DNA of 64,000 nucleotides from Vairimorpha necatrix (Eukaryota): NCBI GenBank assembly GCA_036630325.1, contig CP142727.1, positions 992,001 to 1,056,000 of the forward strand, read 5' to 3'. Shown piece by piece: positions 13,625 to 25,088 of this stretch (position 1 is its first letter; each line of letters starts with the position of its first letter). The notes under the pieces were generated by a model. It saw only the letters and a program-made list of their open reading frames with translations, ran no database searches and was not told where the DNA came from. The position numbers and the translations under genes were made by a program.

Positions 13625-14813
13625 GGCGCTACTAGGAAAATCGCCCCCCCCCCCTAGTAAAAAGCGCAAAGAAAAAAAAAATTTATTTCCTTAAAATTAA
13701 AAAACCTCTCGATTTTGTACTTTCACGCATATTCTTTTCTAGGGGGGGGGGGCGATTTTCAAAGCAATGGTATTTTTTTTACTTTTCTTTCACATTTTTC
13801 TTACCCTATATGTTAGGAAGAATACTGGAAAAGGTAGGAGAACTCGATCCTTGGAATCCTATATTCCAAGATAATGATCTCGCAATTGCCCCTTTGATAG
13901 AATTGGGAATAATTAAGCCTACCATTACATGTGTCTCAAAATCATGTCATGGAAACATGTCAATTGCTAGTGTTTCTTTCTTTATTGATGGGAAGGGGTA
14001 CAGATGTAAAATAAAAAAGTGCAAAAGAAAATGTAGTTTGTAAAAAAGCACAAAATTTAATAAATTGACTATCGAATTCAAAAAGATTCTGAGGGGTTTA
14101 TATTGTTGGATCTTTTCTTACTCAAATTATCAAGCTATCAATTTTTGTAAAATAGCCGAGTCCACATACATTGAATTTAAAAACATTCTAATTGACATTT
14201 TAAGCGAGACTCCTTCCGATATAGAACAGATAGGGGGAGAAAACACAAGGCTACAAGTCGATGAAACTGCAATTATGCAATGGCTTAGTGATTGAAATTC
14301 CGTCATCTCTACACGACGATACTCTTAATATACAGTGGATACTTGGAGGAGTTGTAGAAGGTGATGGAACTAATTTTTTTGTTCCATTAATTCCTAACAG
14401 AAAGCATGAAACTTTACTTGAAGCGTTTAAAAATTATTTACTTCCTGGAACTATTATTGTTACTGATGGATACCCATCATACTCCAAAGCAGTGGCCAAT
14501 TTTGGATCTGGGCATGAGATAGTAAATCATAGCATAGGGTTTGTAAACAACGAGAGAGGACATACAAATCAGATTGAAAATTTATGGTCCCACTTAAAAC
14601 ACGATTATAGAAAAAGAAGTGGATTAAATTATGACCGTGTAATTAAATTTTTAGAAGAATTGTCTTGGCGTAAAAGACATTGCCAATTTAAAAAAAATAT
14701 TCAATTCCACATGCATTTGCTCTACTTTTACAAAAATACATAATTATCTATTTAAATTCCATAAATTTTAAATAATTTTTTTTTTTTGGGGGGCCGATTT
14801 TCCTAGTAGCGCC
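13625..14813 (+). mobile_element. Merlin transposon (stop/frameshift-disrupted)
   Basis: TIR GGCGCTACTAGGAAAATCG; perfect 8-bp TSD AGTATCTC; QVDET, VTDGYPSY, VNHS..HTNQIENLW; CCC before ATG 13810. Confidence 0.93.
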
Positions 14814-14849
14814 AGTATCTCTATAAAGTTGATCACATAAAATGGATGC

Positions 14850-16101
14850 GGCTAAAGTTAACTATCAGCCCACGCATTTAAGGCGCTACGATTTTTTTTC
14901 GAACTTCGAAAATGAAGTGCAAAAAAGGAGGAGAAAGTAGGGGACAGAAAATACTGACCACTTTCGATGGTTAAAATTCTTAATAATAAATAAACGACTT
15001 CAATTAAATTTTTAAACCAAATTTCTTGCAAAAACTTTTATTTAATAAGATTAGTACGGGGTTATATGAATTGTTTCTTCTGAATGCAAAAATGTTTAAA
15101 AGCAATTTATTTATTTATTTATTTTCTGTATAATTTTTTATCATTATTACTCTTTTTACTGCAGACCAATTTCCTTCGATCGTATTTGTATAGACTCCAT
15201 TAATTGGATTTACAAACCCGATTGAATGATTTACCGTATAGTGGTCATATATTTCTATTTTTAATAGTTTGAGTATTCTTTCCAACAATCTGTATAGATT
15301 ATAAAGCCAGGCAGTACGTACTCTTTGATAAAACCTTCCAAATTTTTGGCTTTCTTATTTTTTACCTTAAGTAAAACTATACCCCCCTCTTTTGTCCTTT
15401 CGACCATTTCAAGTACCCAGAATCCTTCAACTTTGTGTCCTTTATTGTAATTCTTTTCCATATTTAGATTCGTCAATCTCTACAATGATACCAGGTCCTC
15501 CAATCTCCTTAATACCGGTAACATTTCTGCTAACATCACTAATAATTGCATTAATTGTTCTTCTAATTATAGATAATATATTTTTTTAGAAGGAGTACTA
15601 TCAATAAACAAAAAAAATCACCCGACATATTTTTAACCATGGCAATCGTGAGTTAAAAGGGCTTTTGTTTGTAATAATATATTTTTTCTACATGTTCTCG
15701 CCGAACAAATGAGTTTATTTGTGTTTTTTTGCATCTCTCTAAATTACCAATGCAAAGTGGACAAAAAATTGTGGTTAATTTAATTTTTATTAATGCATCC
15801 ATGATTCCTTCGATGTCATTGTGCTTCTAGATCATTTTTAAGGGGATATTTTTCAAAAATTTAGGAAATTTGTATAAATTGTTAAAATGTAAATCCTATA
15901 TTTAAACACGAAAAAAAAATAAGACTTAGTTTAAAAATTTATTTAAAGGTGTTTTATGTTATTATTAAGAATTTTAATTATCGAAAGTGGTCAGTATTTT
16001 TTGTCCCCTACTTTCTCCTCCTTTTTTTGCACTTCATTTTCGGGGTTCGAAAAAAAAATCGTAGCGCCTCAAATGCGTGGGCTAAAAGTATCCTTTCTTC
16101 G
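14850..16101 (-). mobile_element. Merlin transposon with ~140-bp TIRs, disrupted
   Basis: Long inverted repeats 14850-14990 and 15950-16101; TSD ATGGATGC; GGPGIIVEIDESK, YTDCWKEY, VNHS..TNTIEGNW. Confidence 0.9.
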
Positions 16102-17418
16102 ATGGATGCACTCATAAAAAGAACATGTAACGCGACAGATTGTTTCTATTATTGCAAAAAATGTTTTATGACGCAACCTTTATAAGATTTACAGAGAGTT
16201 CAAAAGTTGCGACATATGTCAATCAAAGATAATTATGTGACTTAAATAATTGTTGAAAAATACCCAAGAAAAAAGACATTGTTGGCTTGATTGATCTCTG
16301 ACTATAAAACGAACTAAATAATGGTCATAAAGATTATTAAAATTTTGTAGATCCACTTACCAATTTTTTTAGACAATACCATTGTGCGATAGTCAAGTAT
16401 TAATGTTGGGATGTTCTGCAAAAGCGTTTGAAACATTTATTAAATGATATATACTTCATACTAAAAACCGTGGAGAATTTGTAAATCAAGAATTCGACTT
16501 TTTATGTCAGAAATATAAATAAGGCACGTAAAGATGAGAGCTAGATGTCCATGATTACAAAATAGTAGAACGATGCAACCAGCAAAAATATGGATGATTG
16601 CATATATTCGATTTCAAAAAAGACTTGGGACCAATAAACTCGGATATGAGAAGAAGTTGTCTTAGTCATTTAACAATTAACGCCTCTCGATTACGATACA
16701 AAAATCATCCATTAAATGTTTGGCGACTTTTTCGAAACAAGTGAACGAACTATGAATCCGCCGCATTCTATATTTGATAAATATAAAAATTTCAAACTAA
16801 GATGTAAGTAGAAACGAACAAAAATAAGTTTGTTTGTTGATATAGATGGAAATAAAGCAAGGTTATTCAAACTATATGCTAAGAATTACAAAAACGTCAT
16901 GGATGGAATTTACCACGATGCAGAGAGAATTCATACTCAAACTGCCGTAGATAGAAATATACGGAGAATGCTTTTTAAAGTATAAATTAGGGGTCATATC
17001 CCTTATAAGACCTTATTTCGACAACAACGTAAATGCTACTTGACCTTTTCTTCATGAACATAAGACGCATTTGTCTAGAATTTTAACAGACATATTACTA
17101 TTTAGCAAATCAAATTATGCAGTAACATAATTTAACAAAATTCATGAAAATACTTTTAAAGATCTGAGGTTAGTTGCTGGTGTACAAAGTTTCAATATTT
17201 TTTTAATTTTTCTATTTTATATTGCTCCCCGAAATTTAGAAAAAAAACAAAAAGACACTCTCAAAAACTTCAAGCATATGTTGGGTTGTCATTAAAGATA
17301 GCCCATTTTATTTAGTTTTGTTATCTATTCGTCCCCTACTGAACCTTTAACAAAATTTTATTTTCTTCAAATCGTTCCGAACTGTGATTATATTTAGCCA
17401 TTAGAAAATTTATGTGGT

Positions 17419-17675
17419 TGTGGTATTATGACCACATAACATCTCAATTTCTTATAAAACGTATTTTACAATTTTTAATTATTTTCCCTCCCTATTCTTA
17501 GTTTTAAAATATTTTATTTTAACCCCCCACAAAAAAGAAATGGAATCCAAGGAGAAGCACTCAAATAAACATTTTAACAATAAATATTACAAAAGTCTGC
17601 CAGGGACAGGCGGGCAAACGTATAGTTCTTTAGAGTATTACTTTAGAACAAGCCACATCCCCGTGCAGCACGCCA
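17419..17675 (+). mobile_element. 257-bp solo-LTR-like element, family S2, with an internal CCC-ATG reading frame that runs out of its 3' end
   Basis: TGTGG...CGCCA ends; TSD GTGGT; homologs at 24824-25071 and 32335-33611. Confidence 0.8.
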
Positions 17676-17803
17676 GTGGTACACTTTTTGTGTCGAAATA
17701 TCTCAATAAACAGCTGGATTAAGTTCTTTGAATTTTGACAATAAATAAACGTACATACATGATTGTATATTTTTATAAAATACCATTAATATGCCTGTAA
17801 TAC

Positions 17804-20800
17804 TACTGTGGTCAGAATGATTACAGAGAAATATGGGGTTTAATTATTTATTATATTTAAAGATCAATGTCATTTATCGATCACTGATTAAGTGATTGAT
17901 CTTTGATGTCTCGGTGTGGTATCCATCACTGAGGAAAGTATTTAAAATATTTTTATTATTAATATTGTTTCTTCTTTCCATCATCCGTACTACTCTCCGG
18001 ATAAAATGATTAAATAAATGTTACAGGGAAAACTGGACAAATTTGGCGGGAAATATTTATAAACTATTTTTATGATATTTGGGATATCATAGTCGGGCTT
18101 AACACTTTTACTCCTTAAAAAAAAACTTTCTCACGTTACTTAAGCTCGAAGTAATTATCCTTACATCTGTTAGCTTGATGTCAACAGATCTAAACATCTT
18201 AGCAACAATCGTACTACTAATATTATAATCTGTCGCTAATTTATGTTCTTATCTGGTTGGGCGATGATAAAGCACATTATCTCCAACTTTAATTTTTTTT
18301 TCTATAATTTTATTTTTTTTAGGTTTGCGGTAATTTGTTTAATATTGAATTATGTGCTGTTTTTGTTGTTTTATCATTTTTTTCCTTCAACCACATTTCT
18401 CGCGAACAACAGTTTATTCCTCGGTGAAATGAATCCAGAAATCCTTCCAACGTTTTCTTTATGCATTGCACCCAGTCAATCCTCCCGAAATTTGACACCT
18501 TTTAACTTTCCCCCGGATGTTCTTATTGAATTTCTCTACTAACTTCGTAGTTGTAGGTGTATATGGTGCACCTAGTCTCTATTCAATTTTTTGTCCGTTG
18601 CTAAATTTAAAACTTTGGTTCACAAACTCTTTTTTATTATCAGATATCACAATCTTTGGTGCTCCAGTTTTTTTATTATTTCTTCGAGTCCCCTAATCCC
18701 TTCCGTTGCATCTTTAGTATGCAATGGTATTAAATTTTCTACATTCGAGAAGTGATGATTATGGTTAACAATATTTATATCCTTGTTGACCTTGGGGTAA
18801 AGGCCCTACTATGTCAATTCCCTATTTTCGTTTAGCTTATCCGCTCTAACCTGAATTATATTTTTCTTGATGTAATATGATCCCATCTGTTGACGCTTAA
18901 GGCAATTTTGTATCGTATTTACAACTATCTTTTGTAGGCCTTTCATTTTTTCTTTCCTTAAAGCATATATCATTGCTTTTCTTGATCCATGTGCTAACCG
19001 TTCAGGCGTTCATTTAACAAGTTTCATCACTTTTTACTTTTATGGCTTTAATACTCTGCGGTTCCCCATCATTCGACTTAAAAAGTCACTTGGATTTTTC
19101 TGTCCTTTAATGTGCTCGATCTCTATATCATATTCCTGCAGATAGAGCGCCCATCTCGCGAACTTTGTTTTCATGTTTGTACTCTTAAATAGAAATTTTT
19201 CGCACTATGATCTGTTCTTAACGAAAATTTCTTTCCAATTAAGTAATGTCTGAAATCTTCAATTGCTTTGATTACACCTAATAATTCTTTTTTTATCGTT
19301 GAATAAATTTTTTTTGTCTTTGAATGCATTTAAAATATAACATAAGATTTTCCCCCCATCTCTGTATCTGTGAAAGTATTATCCCCGAACCGAGATCAGA
19401 TGCATATGTAGTGAGAATTTATTTCGTATTACAAAAGGCATTCCAAGTACTCCGTTCGTCTAATATTCTCTTTTAGCAATTCTATAGCTTTGATAAATGG
19501 TCTTCGATGCTAATTTTCCTCCAATCTACTCCTGAATTCTTTTTTATTAATCCGTATAGGTATGTAGATTCTTTCGATAATTTTTTTATACTTACTACGA
19601 TAGTTAATTGTTTCTAAAAATATGATAAATCCTTTACGTTTTGAAGGATTTTTAGTTCTTTATTCGCCTATCCTTTCTGGATCAATTCTAATTTCTCTAT
19701 GGTTTACTACGTGTCCAAGTATTTAGATTTGTTTCTGTGCGTATTCACGTTTAGATTCGTTAAGAATAAACCATACTTATTAATTGATTCTTTCACTTTT
19801 CTAACGTGTTCCCTATGTTCTTTTAAATTCCTTCTAAATATAATAATGTCATCCATATACGCCATAGTGAACTTTCCAAGGCACGGCTTTAAAATTTTAT
19901 TCATCATACTCTAGAACGTAAGGAGAATTTAATAGATCAAATGTAATGTATAAAAATTCACAAAGCTCGCCTCCGCATGAAAAAGCTGTTCTTATATATC
20001 ATTTTATTTAGTGATATCCTGATAATGCATCTAATTAAGTGAAAAAGATTGATTCATGCAGAAAGACAATATCTCGTCAACCCGAGGCATGGGATACGAG
20101 TCTTTATTGTTAAGTCATTCAGTCCTCTGTAGTCGACGCATAACCTGTAATCTCCGTTTTTTTTTCTATGCCAGTGTCACCAAACTTCTCCATGGACAAT
20201 AAGACTTCAGTATAACACATTCTTTTAGATATTGTTTAGCAATTTTCTTCGCTTCACTCTCCGTTTCCACCCCTACCCTATAACACACGTTCGTTATTGG
20301 CGATAGATTTTGAGTGATAATCCTGTGTCCTCCAGAATTTCGTTGACGCTCTCTTTTTGTATCCATTCAATGCGCCAGTCCTTTTCTAATTCAATTTTGA
20401 CTTTATGTTTTTTAAGGAAACCGAGACCAATCGTTATATTTGAAGTTATATCGTTTGTAACTGAAAATTTTCTTCAAACGCTCGTTCTCCAATCGTAAAT
20501 CATTGTCTTGTCATGCCCAAAGTTTTTATTTCAGTACCATTTGCAGAGATAAATTTTCTTGTGTTCCAGTTTCATACTCCCAACATATTTTTCTTTAATT
20601 GGGTTTACGCATGCTCCTGAGTCGATTAGGGCTTGTACATGAAATTTTTCAATTTTAACTACAACTGTGAGGTTCTTATTTGAAGTATTACCAAAAGACC
20701 TAATAGAGTTGTGAAAATAAAAGTTTTATTTTCATAAATTCCATCCTCTTCTTATATTTCCATTGCAACTCGCCTTATCCTTGTTTTACGCAGTTCTTTT

Positions 20801-21510
20801 TTTCGTAGCTTTTTTAATATGTTCGTTCTACCACAATACCAACATTTCTTATTACCCTGTAATTTGCATATCTCCATAGTTTCTTCTATGACACTTGGAG
20901 GTAATGTCGTATACATACTCGATATATTACTACAAACGAGTCCTTCACAAGCCTTATAGATATAAATCCAAGTAAGTTTAATCGGCGTATTCATCAATAA
21001 ATTCTTCCAATATCATCAGGCAATCCATTGAGTGCGAATGCAATTAGCACATTATCCGGGCGTACAGCTCTTATTGAAATTCTCCTTATTTGATCCAAGT
21101 ACGATAAAACGATCCCGAACGGTATAGACAACGTGTTAGATTTATTTTGTGTTTCTGATTGCTTAATCTTACTTTATATCTTTTTAGAAATGCCTCACAC
21201 AATATTTCAAATTCACAGTTCCATGGCAACAATTTCGCCCATATAGCTGCTTCCCCTGCTAAATGATCATAAAGAAGAACTTTTTTTCTCCGCAGTTTGC
21301 AATTACTGCCCATCCCCTTATGTATGCCAAGAATGCATCAGGATCATCTTTTCTATGTTCGCAAAGATTTTTTGTTTGCCATTGTCGCCAAACTGTTATG
21401 GTCAGAATAATTTCAGGAAAATATAAAAATTATTTACTATATTAAAAGATCAATGTCATTTATCAATCACTGATTAAGTGATGGATCTTTGAAGTGTCGT
21501 GCTTACAACA
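17804..21510 (-). mobile_element. Degenerate Ty3/Gypsy element with ~117-bp LTRs and a protease
   Basis: LTRs 17804-~18104 (interrupted) and 21394-21510; TSD AATAC; PBS TGGCGAC; gag with CWYCG; protease ALIDSGA (~20620); RT YMDD (19707-19907); RNase H and integrase remnants. Confidence 0.88.
17915..18091. mobile_element. 177-bp TG..CA-type insert inside the Gypsy 3' LTR
   Basis: TGTGGTATCC/GGATATCATA imperfect inverted ends; TSD CTCGG/GTCGG; LTR homology resumes after it. Confidence 0.6.
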
Positions 21511-21525
21511 AATACAAATTTAAGT

Positions 21526-21882
21526 TGTCACACGACATCCTCCCAGCTCCTTAGAGATAACAGAGTAGTCATAAATAATAATCCCTCAGTCAGAACTGTC
21601 AAATGACTGAGATGCTGTCTGTTTACAATGAGCCATTGTAAACAGACAAGGAACAATATACAAAGTGTTTAGAAACAATAAACACTCGAAATATGCTAAT
21701 TTCTATTACTCCATAAATATCCCGCCTTTTCCTTTAAGTTAAAAGGGCGGAGAAATAAAACTATAAAAAGGAATTCTTTCTAGCCCTTTAGCGAGATATG
21801 AAAGAACAAAATTATAATAAACAAATTCATAAAAATTCTTATTAAGACACACCGAGCAGCTAGGTAGGCAGCCCGTGTCACA
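21526..21882. mobile_element. 357-bp solo-LTR/MITE-like element rich in hairpins
   Basis: TGTCACACG...CGTGTCACA ends; perfect TSD TAAGT; perfect 15-bp stem TGTCTGTTTACAATG-agc-CATTGTAAACAGACA. Confidence 0.8.
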
Positions 21883-21920
21883 TAAGTATTGTCGCAGTTA
21901 GTAGAGGGAACCCTAAAAAA

Positions 21921-21954
21921 GAGCTCTGTGGGGATCGAACCCAGGACCTCTCGA
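21921..21954 (-). ncRNA. tRNA 3'-half-like module with B box and T6 terminator in the left subterminal repeat of G2
   Basis: Minus strand TCGAGAGGTCCTGGGTTCGATCCCCACAGAGCTC followed by TTTTTT. Confidence 0.55.
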
Positions 21955-22057
21955 AGAAAAACAAAATTTACTAAAAAAGGAAAAAAAAATATTATTAAGA
22001 AAATACAGTAACATTATCCTTCAATTTTTAGTAAATAATTTTTTGTTTTGTGGGGTT

Positions 22058-23437
22058 ATGAGAATAAAAATGGACAATGATAAAAGACAAGAAGTTTATA
22101 ATTTTTTATTATATGGTCAGCTGCCACCAACGTTGTTGGACAAAGTTGATCGTAAAATTTTTAAAAGAAAAGCTGAACGTTTCATGTTGTTTGAAGAAAA
22201 CAACAATGGAAGTTTTGAACTAACTGTGAGGTTTAAAGTAGATCAATATAGATCATTGAGATTCTTTACAACCAATGAGCAGCGTTTCAAACTGGATTTC
22301 ATCAAACTGATTCATGTTTCTAATGGACATCCTGGGCGTGACAGATTGTATCCATTGTTACAATCAAAAGTATACGACGTTACTCAAAACGAAGTACTGA
22401 GAGTTTTGAAAAGTTGTGATATTTGTCAAGCAAGAAGAAACCTAATAACTAGACCAGTTATTAGACCAATCATTTCAAAATATCCTAGAGAAATGTATAT
22501 TGCTGATTTGATTGATCTTCGATTGTATCACGAACTCAATGATGGGTATAAATGGTTACTTAACGTAGTGGATTCATTTTCCAAGTTCTGTTGGACGGTT
22601 CCATTGCGTGACAAAACTGGCATTAGTGTGCGTGATGCCTTTGAAACACTATTCAATACGTTTGGATCTTGTTTTATACTTCATACCGACAACGGTAGAG
22701 AATTTGTTAATCAATATATCGTGAATTTATGTGTAAAGTATGAAATAAGACATGTAAGAGGAAGAGCTAGATGTCCTTGGATACAAGGACAGATAGAACG
22801 ATGCAATCAAACAATAAAATGGATGATTGCATCTACTCTGAGGTCGAAGAATATCTTAGGGCAATGGTCCATAGTACGCCAAGAAGTTACCTGGGCATAT
22901 AACAACTTAAGGCATTCAACAACTAAACAAACTCCATTCAGTTTAATGTTTGGTAGGCCCATTAAAGACATAATGCAAGAATCTAGAATCACTGATATAA
23001 TAGATTCGGTTGCAAATAACAACGAAGTTGAAAATGAGGAAGAAGAACGAAGAGAAGAATTTGTTTTTGAAGAAAATAACGTCGTAAATTACGAAGAACT
23101 ATATGCTTTAAACAATGAAAATCTTTTTTTAAATGAAATTTACCACGAATCTGCACGGTTTAATACTCAAAATGCTGCTAATAGAATGATTGAAAGAAGT
23201 ATGTGGAGAAATGACTTTTACGAATATAAATTGGGAGATAGGGTTCTTATAAGACCATATTTAGACAATAATCAAAGTACTAGAAGGCTTCCTCTATACG
23301 AACATTTGGATGTCGATGTATATATTGTAATGGATATACTTCAATTTAATAAAGTAAAGTTATCTAAAGAAGCTGATCCATTGGTTATTATAGAAGAAAT
23401 TTACACTAGAGATCTAAGATTGCTTGATAACGAATAA
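22058..23437 (+). CDS. Ginger-like DDE integrase/transposase, ~459 aa
   Basis: HHCC (H..NGH..CDIC); DDE (IADLID, HTDNGREF, GQIERCN); acidic linker; YKLGDRVLI C-terminal motif; first ATG follows GGGG. Confidence 0.9.
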   Translation: MRIKMDNDKRQEVYNFLLYGQLPPTLLDKVDRKIFKRKAERFMLFEENNNGSFELTVRFKVDQYRSLRFFTTNEQRFKLDFIKLIHVSNGHPGRDRLYPLLQSKVYDVTQNEVLRVLKSCDICQARRNLITRPVIRPIISKYPREMYIADLIDLRLYHELNDGYKWLLNVVDSFSKFCWTVPLRDKTGISVRDAFETLFNTFGSCFILHTDNGREFVNQYIVNLCVKYEIRHVRGRARCPWIQGQIERCNQTIKWMIASTLRSKNILGQWSIVRQEVTWAYNNLRHSTTKQTPFSLMFGRPIKDIMQESRITDIIDSVANNNEVENEEEERREEFVFEENNVVNYEELYALNNENLFLNEIYHESARFNTQNAANRMIERSMWRNDFYEYKLGDRVLIRPYLDNNQSTRRLPLYEHLDVDVYIVMDILQFNKVKLSKEADPLVIIEEIYTRDLRLLDNE

Positions 23438-23579
23438 ATTTTTTAAAAAGTTGTTTATTTTATTTTTTTATTTCTTTTCCCTCCAAATTTATATAAAATT
23501 ACTCGAAATATACCCCATAATATAATTTGGACAAATTTAGAACCGTCTCAAAAAAGTCGTTCATTGTGATTGTATTCCT

Positions 23580-23613
23580 TCGAGAAGTCCCAAGTTCGAT
23601 TCCCACGGGGGTC
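23580..23613 (+). ncRNA. tRNA 3'-half-like module in the right subterminal repeat of G2
   Basis: TCGAGAAGTCCCAAGTTCGATTCCCACGGGGGTC followed by TTTTTT; inverted homolog of 21921-21954. Confidence 0.5.
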
Positions 23614-23784
23614 TTTTTTAATAAATTTTTTTAGGGTTCCCTCTACTAACTGGTTCCACCAACTAACTGTGACAAGTATTGTTATGTTACTGCTTTTCTT
23701 ATAAAAGTAAGATCATAAGTATAATTTGTAGAAAGAACAACTTTTTTGTTTTTTTTATTATTTATAATTATTGTGTGATATTAT

Positions 23785-24099
23785 TGTCATGCGGGAAACC
23801 TACGCCGACCATCAAGATTCTTAGTCATAATGAATTCTGCATTTGTTTAAACAGTTAAGATATTCGACACTCCTAGATCTTCAAACAATTGCTACAAATA
23901 TGCGCCTGAACAGATTCGTGTAATTTTTGTTCTATTTTTATTTCCCTCCCAAAATGCTACATTTTGGAGGATAACATTTTGAAAACGTATTAAAGCAATT
24001 GTCTAGAACGGTACAATGAGTAATAAACAAAGCCATATCAATATTGCATTCCAAAAAGCCCCCCCCCCCCCCATGGCTTGCCTTAAGACTAACTCGACA
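23785..24099. mobile_element. Possible solo-LTR-like element
   Basis: TGTC...CGACA ends; the start resembles the S5 terminus (GAACCTAyGCyGAC); TSD not convincing. Confidence 0.35.
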
Positions 24100-24121
24100 T
24101 TAACTATAAACCCCCACAAAC

Positions 24122-24125
<4 letters not shown>

Positions 24126-24160
<35 letters not shown>
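24126..24160. repeat. (TA)n microsatellite
   Basis: About 17 TA units; shorter TA runs near 848-868 and 61699-61732. Confidence 0.9.
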
Positions 24161-24161
<1 letters not shown>

Positions 24162-24176
24162 TATAATAATGTTATT

Positions 24177-24605
24177 TGTCGTAGCCGATCAAATACTGAC
24201 CAATCATTTTTTACAGATGGACAGATTTGATTGGCTGCAAAAAGTATTTAAAAACTGTGATCAGACACGAGGTCTGATCTGAAAAGAAGACGATTATCAA
24301 TAACAGATTTATTTGGATTGTTAGTTGAACTCATGATGAAGGGTAAGGGCTGGAAAATAAATAGGAAATATTTGGAATAGACCATTTCGACGGTCTATTC
24401 CGAAAAGAGTAAATTGCTAAAGTAAAAGTAACTTTCAAAATGCTCACATTCAATATTAATTAATCACCTGTCTCTTACATCATCCTTCACATGTATATTA
24501 AATAAGAACCACTCACATTTGGGGATTCTTATTGTTTGCGTAGGTTCGTCGCCGACAAAAATATTTATAAAAAGGAAATGAAAATTAATAATAAATATGT
24601 TGAAA
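24177..24605 (+). mobile_element. ~125-bp solo-LTR-like element S6, split by S5
   Basis: 24177-24255 plus 24558-24605 align to the uninterrupted copy at 57844-57967. Confidence 0.7.
24256..24557. mobile_element. 302-bp solo-LTR-like element S5
   Basis: TGTGATC...GCCGACA ends; TSD AAAAC/AAAAT; inverted homolog at 43453-43760; internal hairpin GAATAGACC/GGTCTATTC. Confidence 0.8.
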
Positions 24606-24620
24606 TTTATTAATATATTT

Positions 24621-24782
24621 TTACAGATAAAACTTTAATTTATATTTCGAATCTTCAGTAAATAATTTGTGTAAATCTTCATATTCTTCTGCCTGGAATG
24701 TAAAAGGAGACTCTTTGCAGTCTATTTCGTAAGTCTCTAAAAATTCATCAGTGTAATAATTATAATCAAACAAGGAAAACAT
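24621..24782 (-). CDS. Putative 53-aa acidic small protein
   Basis: AACCC-ATG start; MFSLFDYNYYTDEFLETYEIDCKESPFTFQAEEYEDLHKLFTEDSKYKLKFYL; AATAAA just downstream. Confidence 0.35.
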   Translation of the reverse strand: MFSLFDYNYYTDEFLETYEIDCKESPFTFQAEEYEDLHKLFTEDSKYKLKFYL

Positions 24783-24823
24783 GGGTTAAAAAAAATTAAA
24801 TGTTATATAAGAATAAACATAAT

Positions 24824-25071
24824 AGGCGTGCTGCACAGGGATGCGGCTTGTTCTAAAGTAATACTCCAAAGAACTATATGTTTGTCCGCCTGTCCCTAGC
24901 AGGCTTTTATAACTTTTATTGATAATTTGTTTATTTAAGTGATTCTCCTTGGAATTCATTTCTTTTTGTTTGTTTAAAAAAAATATTTTAAAAAAAAGAA
25001 GGAGAAAAATAATTAAAAATTGTAATTTCAGCCTATAAGAAATAGAGATGTTATGTGGTCATAATACCACA
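24824..25071 (-). mobile_element. S2 element, second copy
   Basis: Full-length homolog of 17419-17675; also shows the empty site (AAAAATTG) of the Merlin at 32542. Confidence 0.75.
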
Positions 25072-25088
25072 ATATAAAATTTAATATT

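Larger units (their letters stand above)
13420..17200 (+). pseudogene. Decayed Ginger G2 integrase interrupted by two Merlins
   Basis: After removing the Merlins: RFKYGRYKSSRFFT..VDHIKWMH..RDRLFLLLQKMFYD..RARCP..VERCN..IRPYFDNN, collinear with the 22058-23437 protein. Confidence 0.7.
21890..23674 (+). mobile_element. Ginger-type DNA transposon, family G2, with an intact ORF (candidate autonomous)
   Basis: TGTCGCAGTTAG/CTAACTGTGACA ends plus inverted AGTAGAGGGAACCCTAAAAAA; TSD AGTAT. Confidence 0.92.

Noticed and set aside
18042-18053. E2F-like site TTTGGCGGGAAA (similar TTTTCCCGCC near 1310)
   Set aside because: Isolated short matches inside repeats with no linked gene; cannot be told from chance.
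4596-23437. Ginger integrase ORFs as host KRBA2/SCAND3-like genes or as LTR-element fragments
   Set aside because: They are bounded by TIRs and TSDs, occur in several copies and have no adjacent gag or RT.
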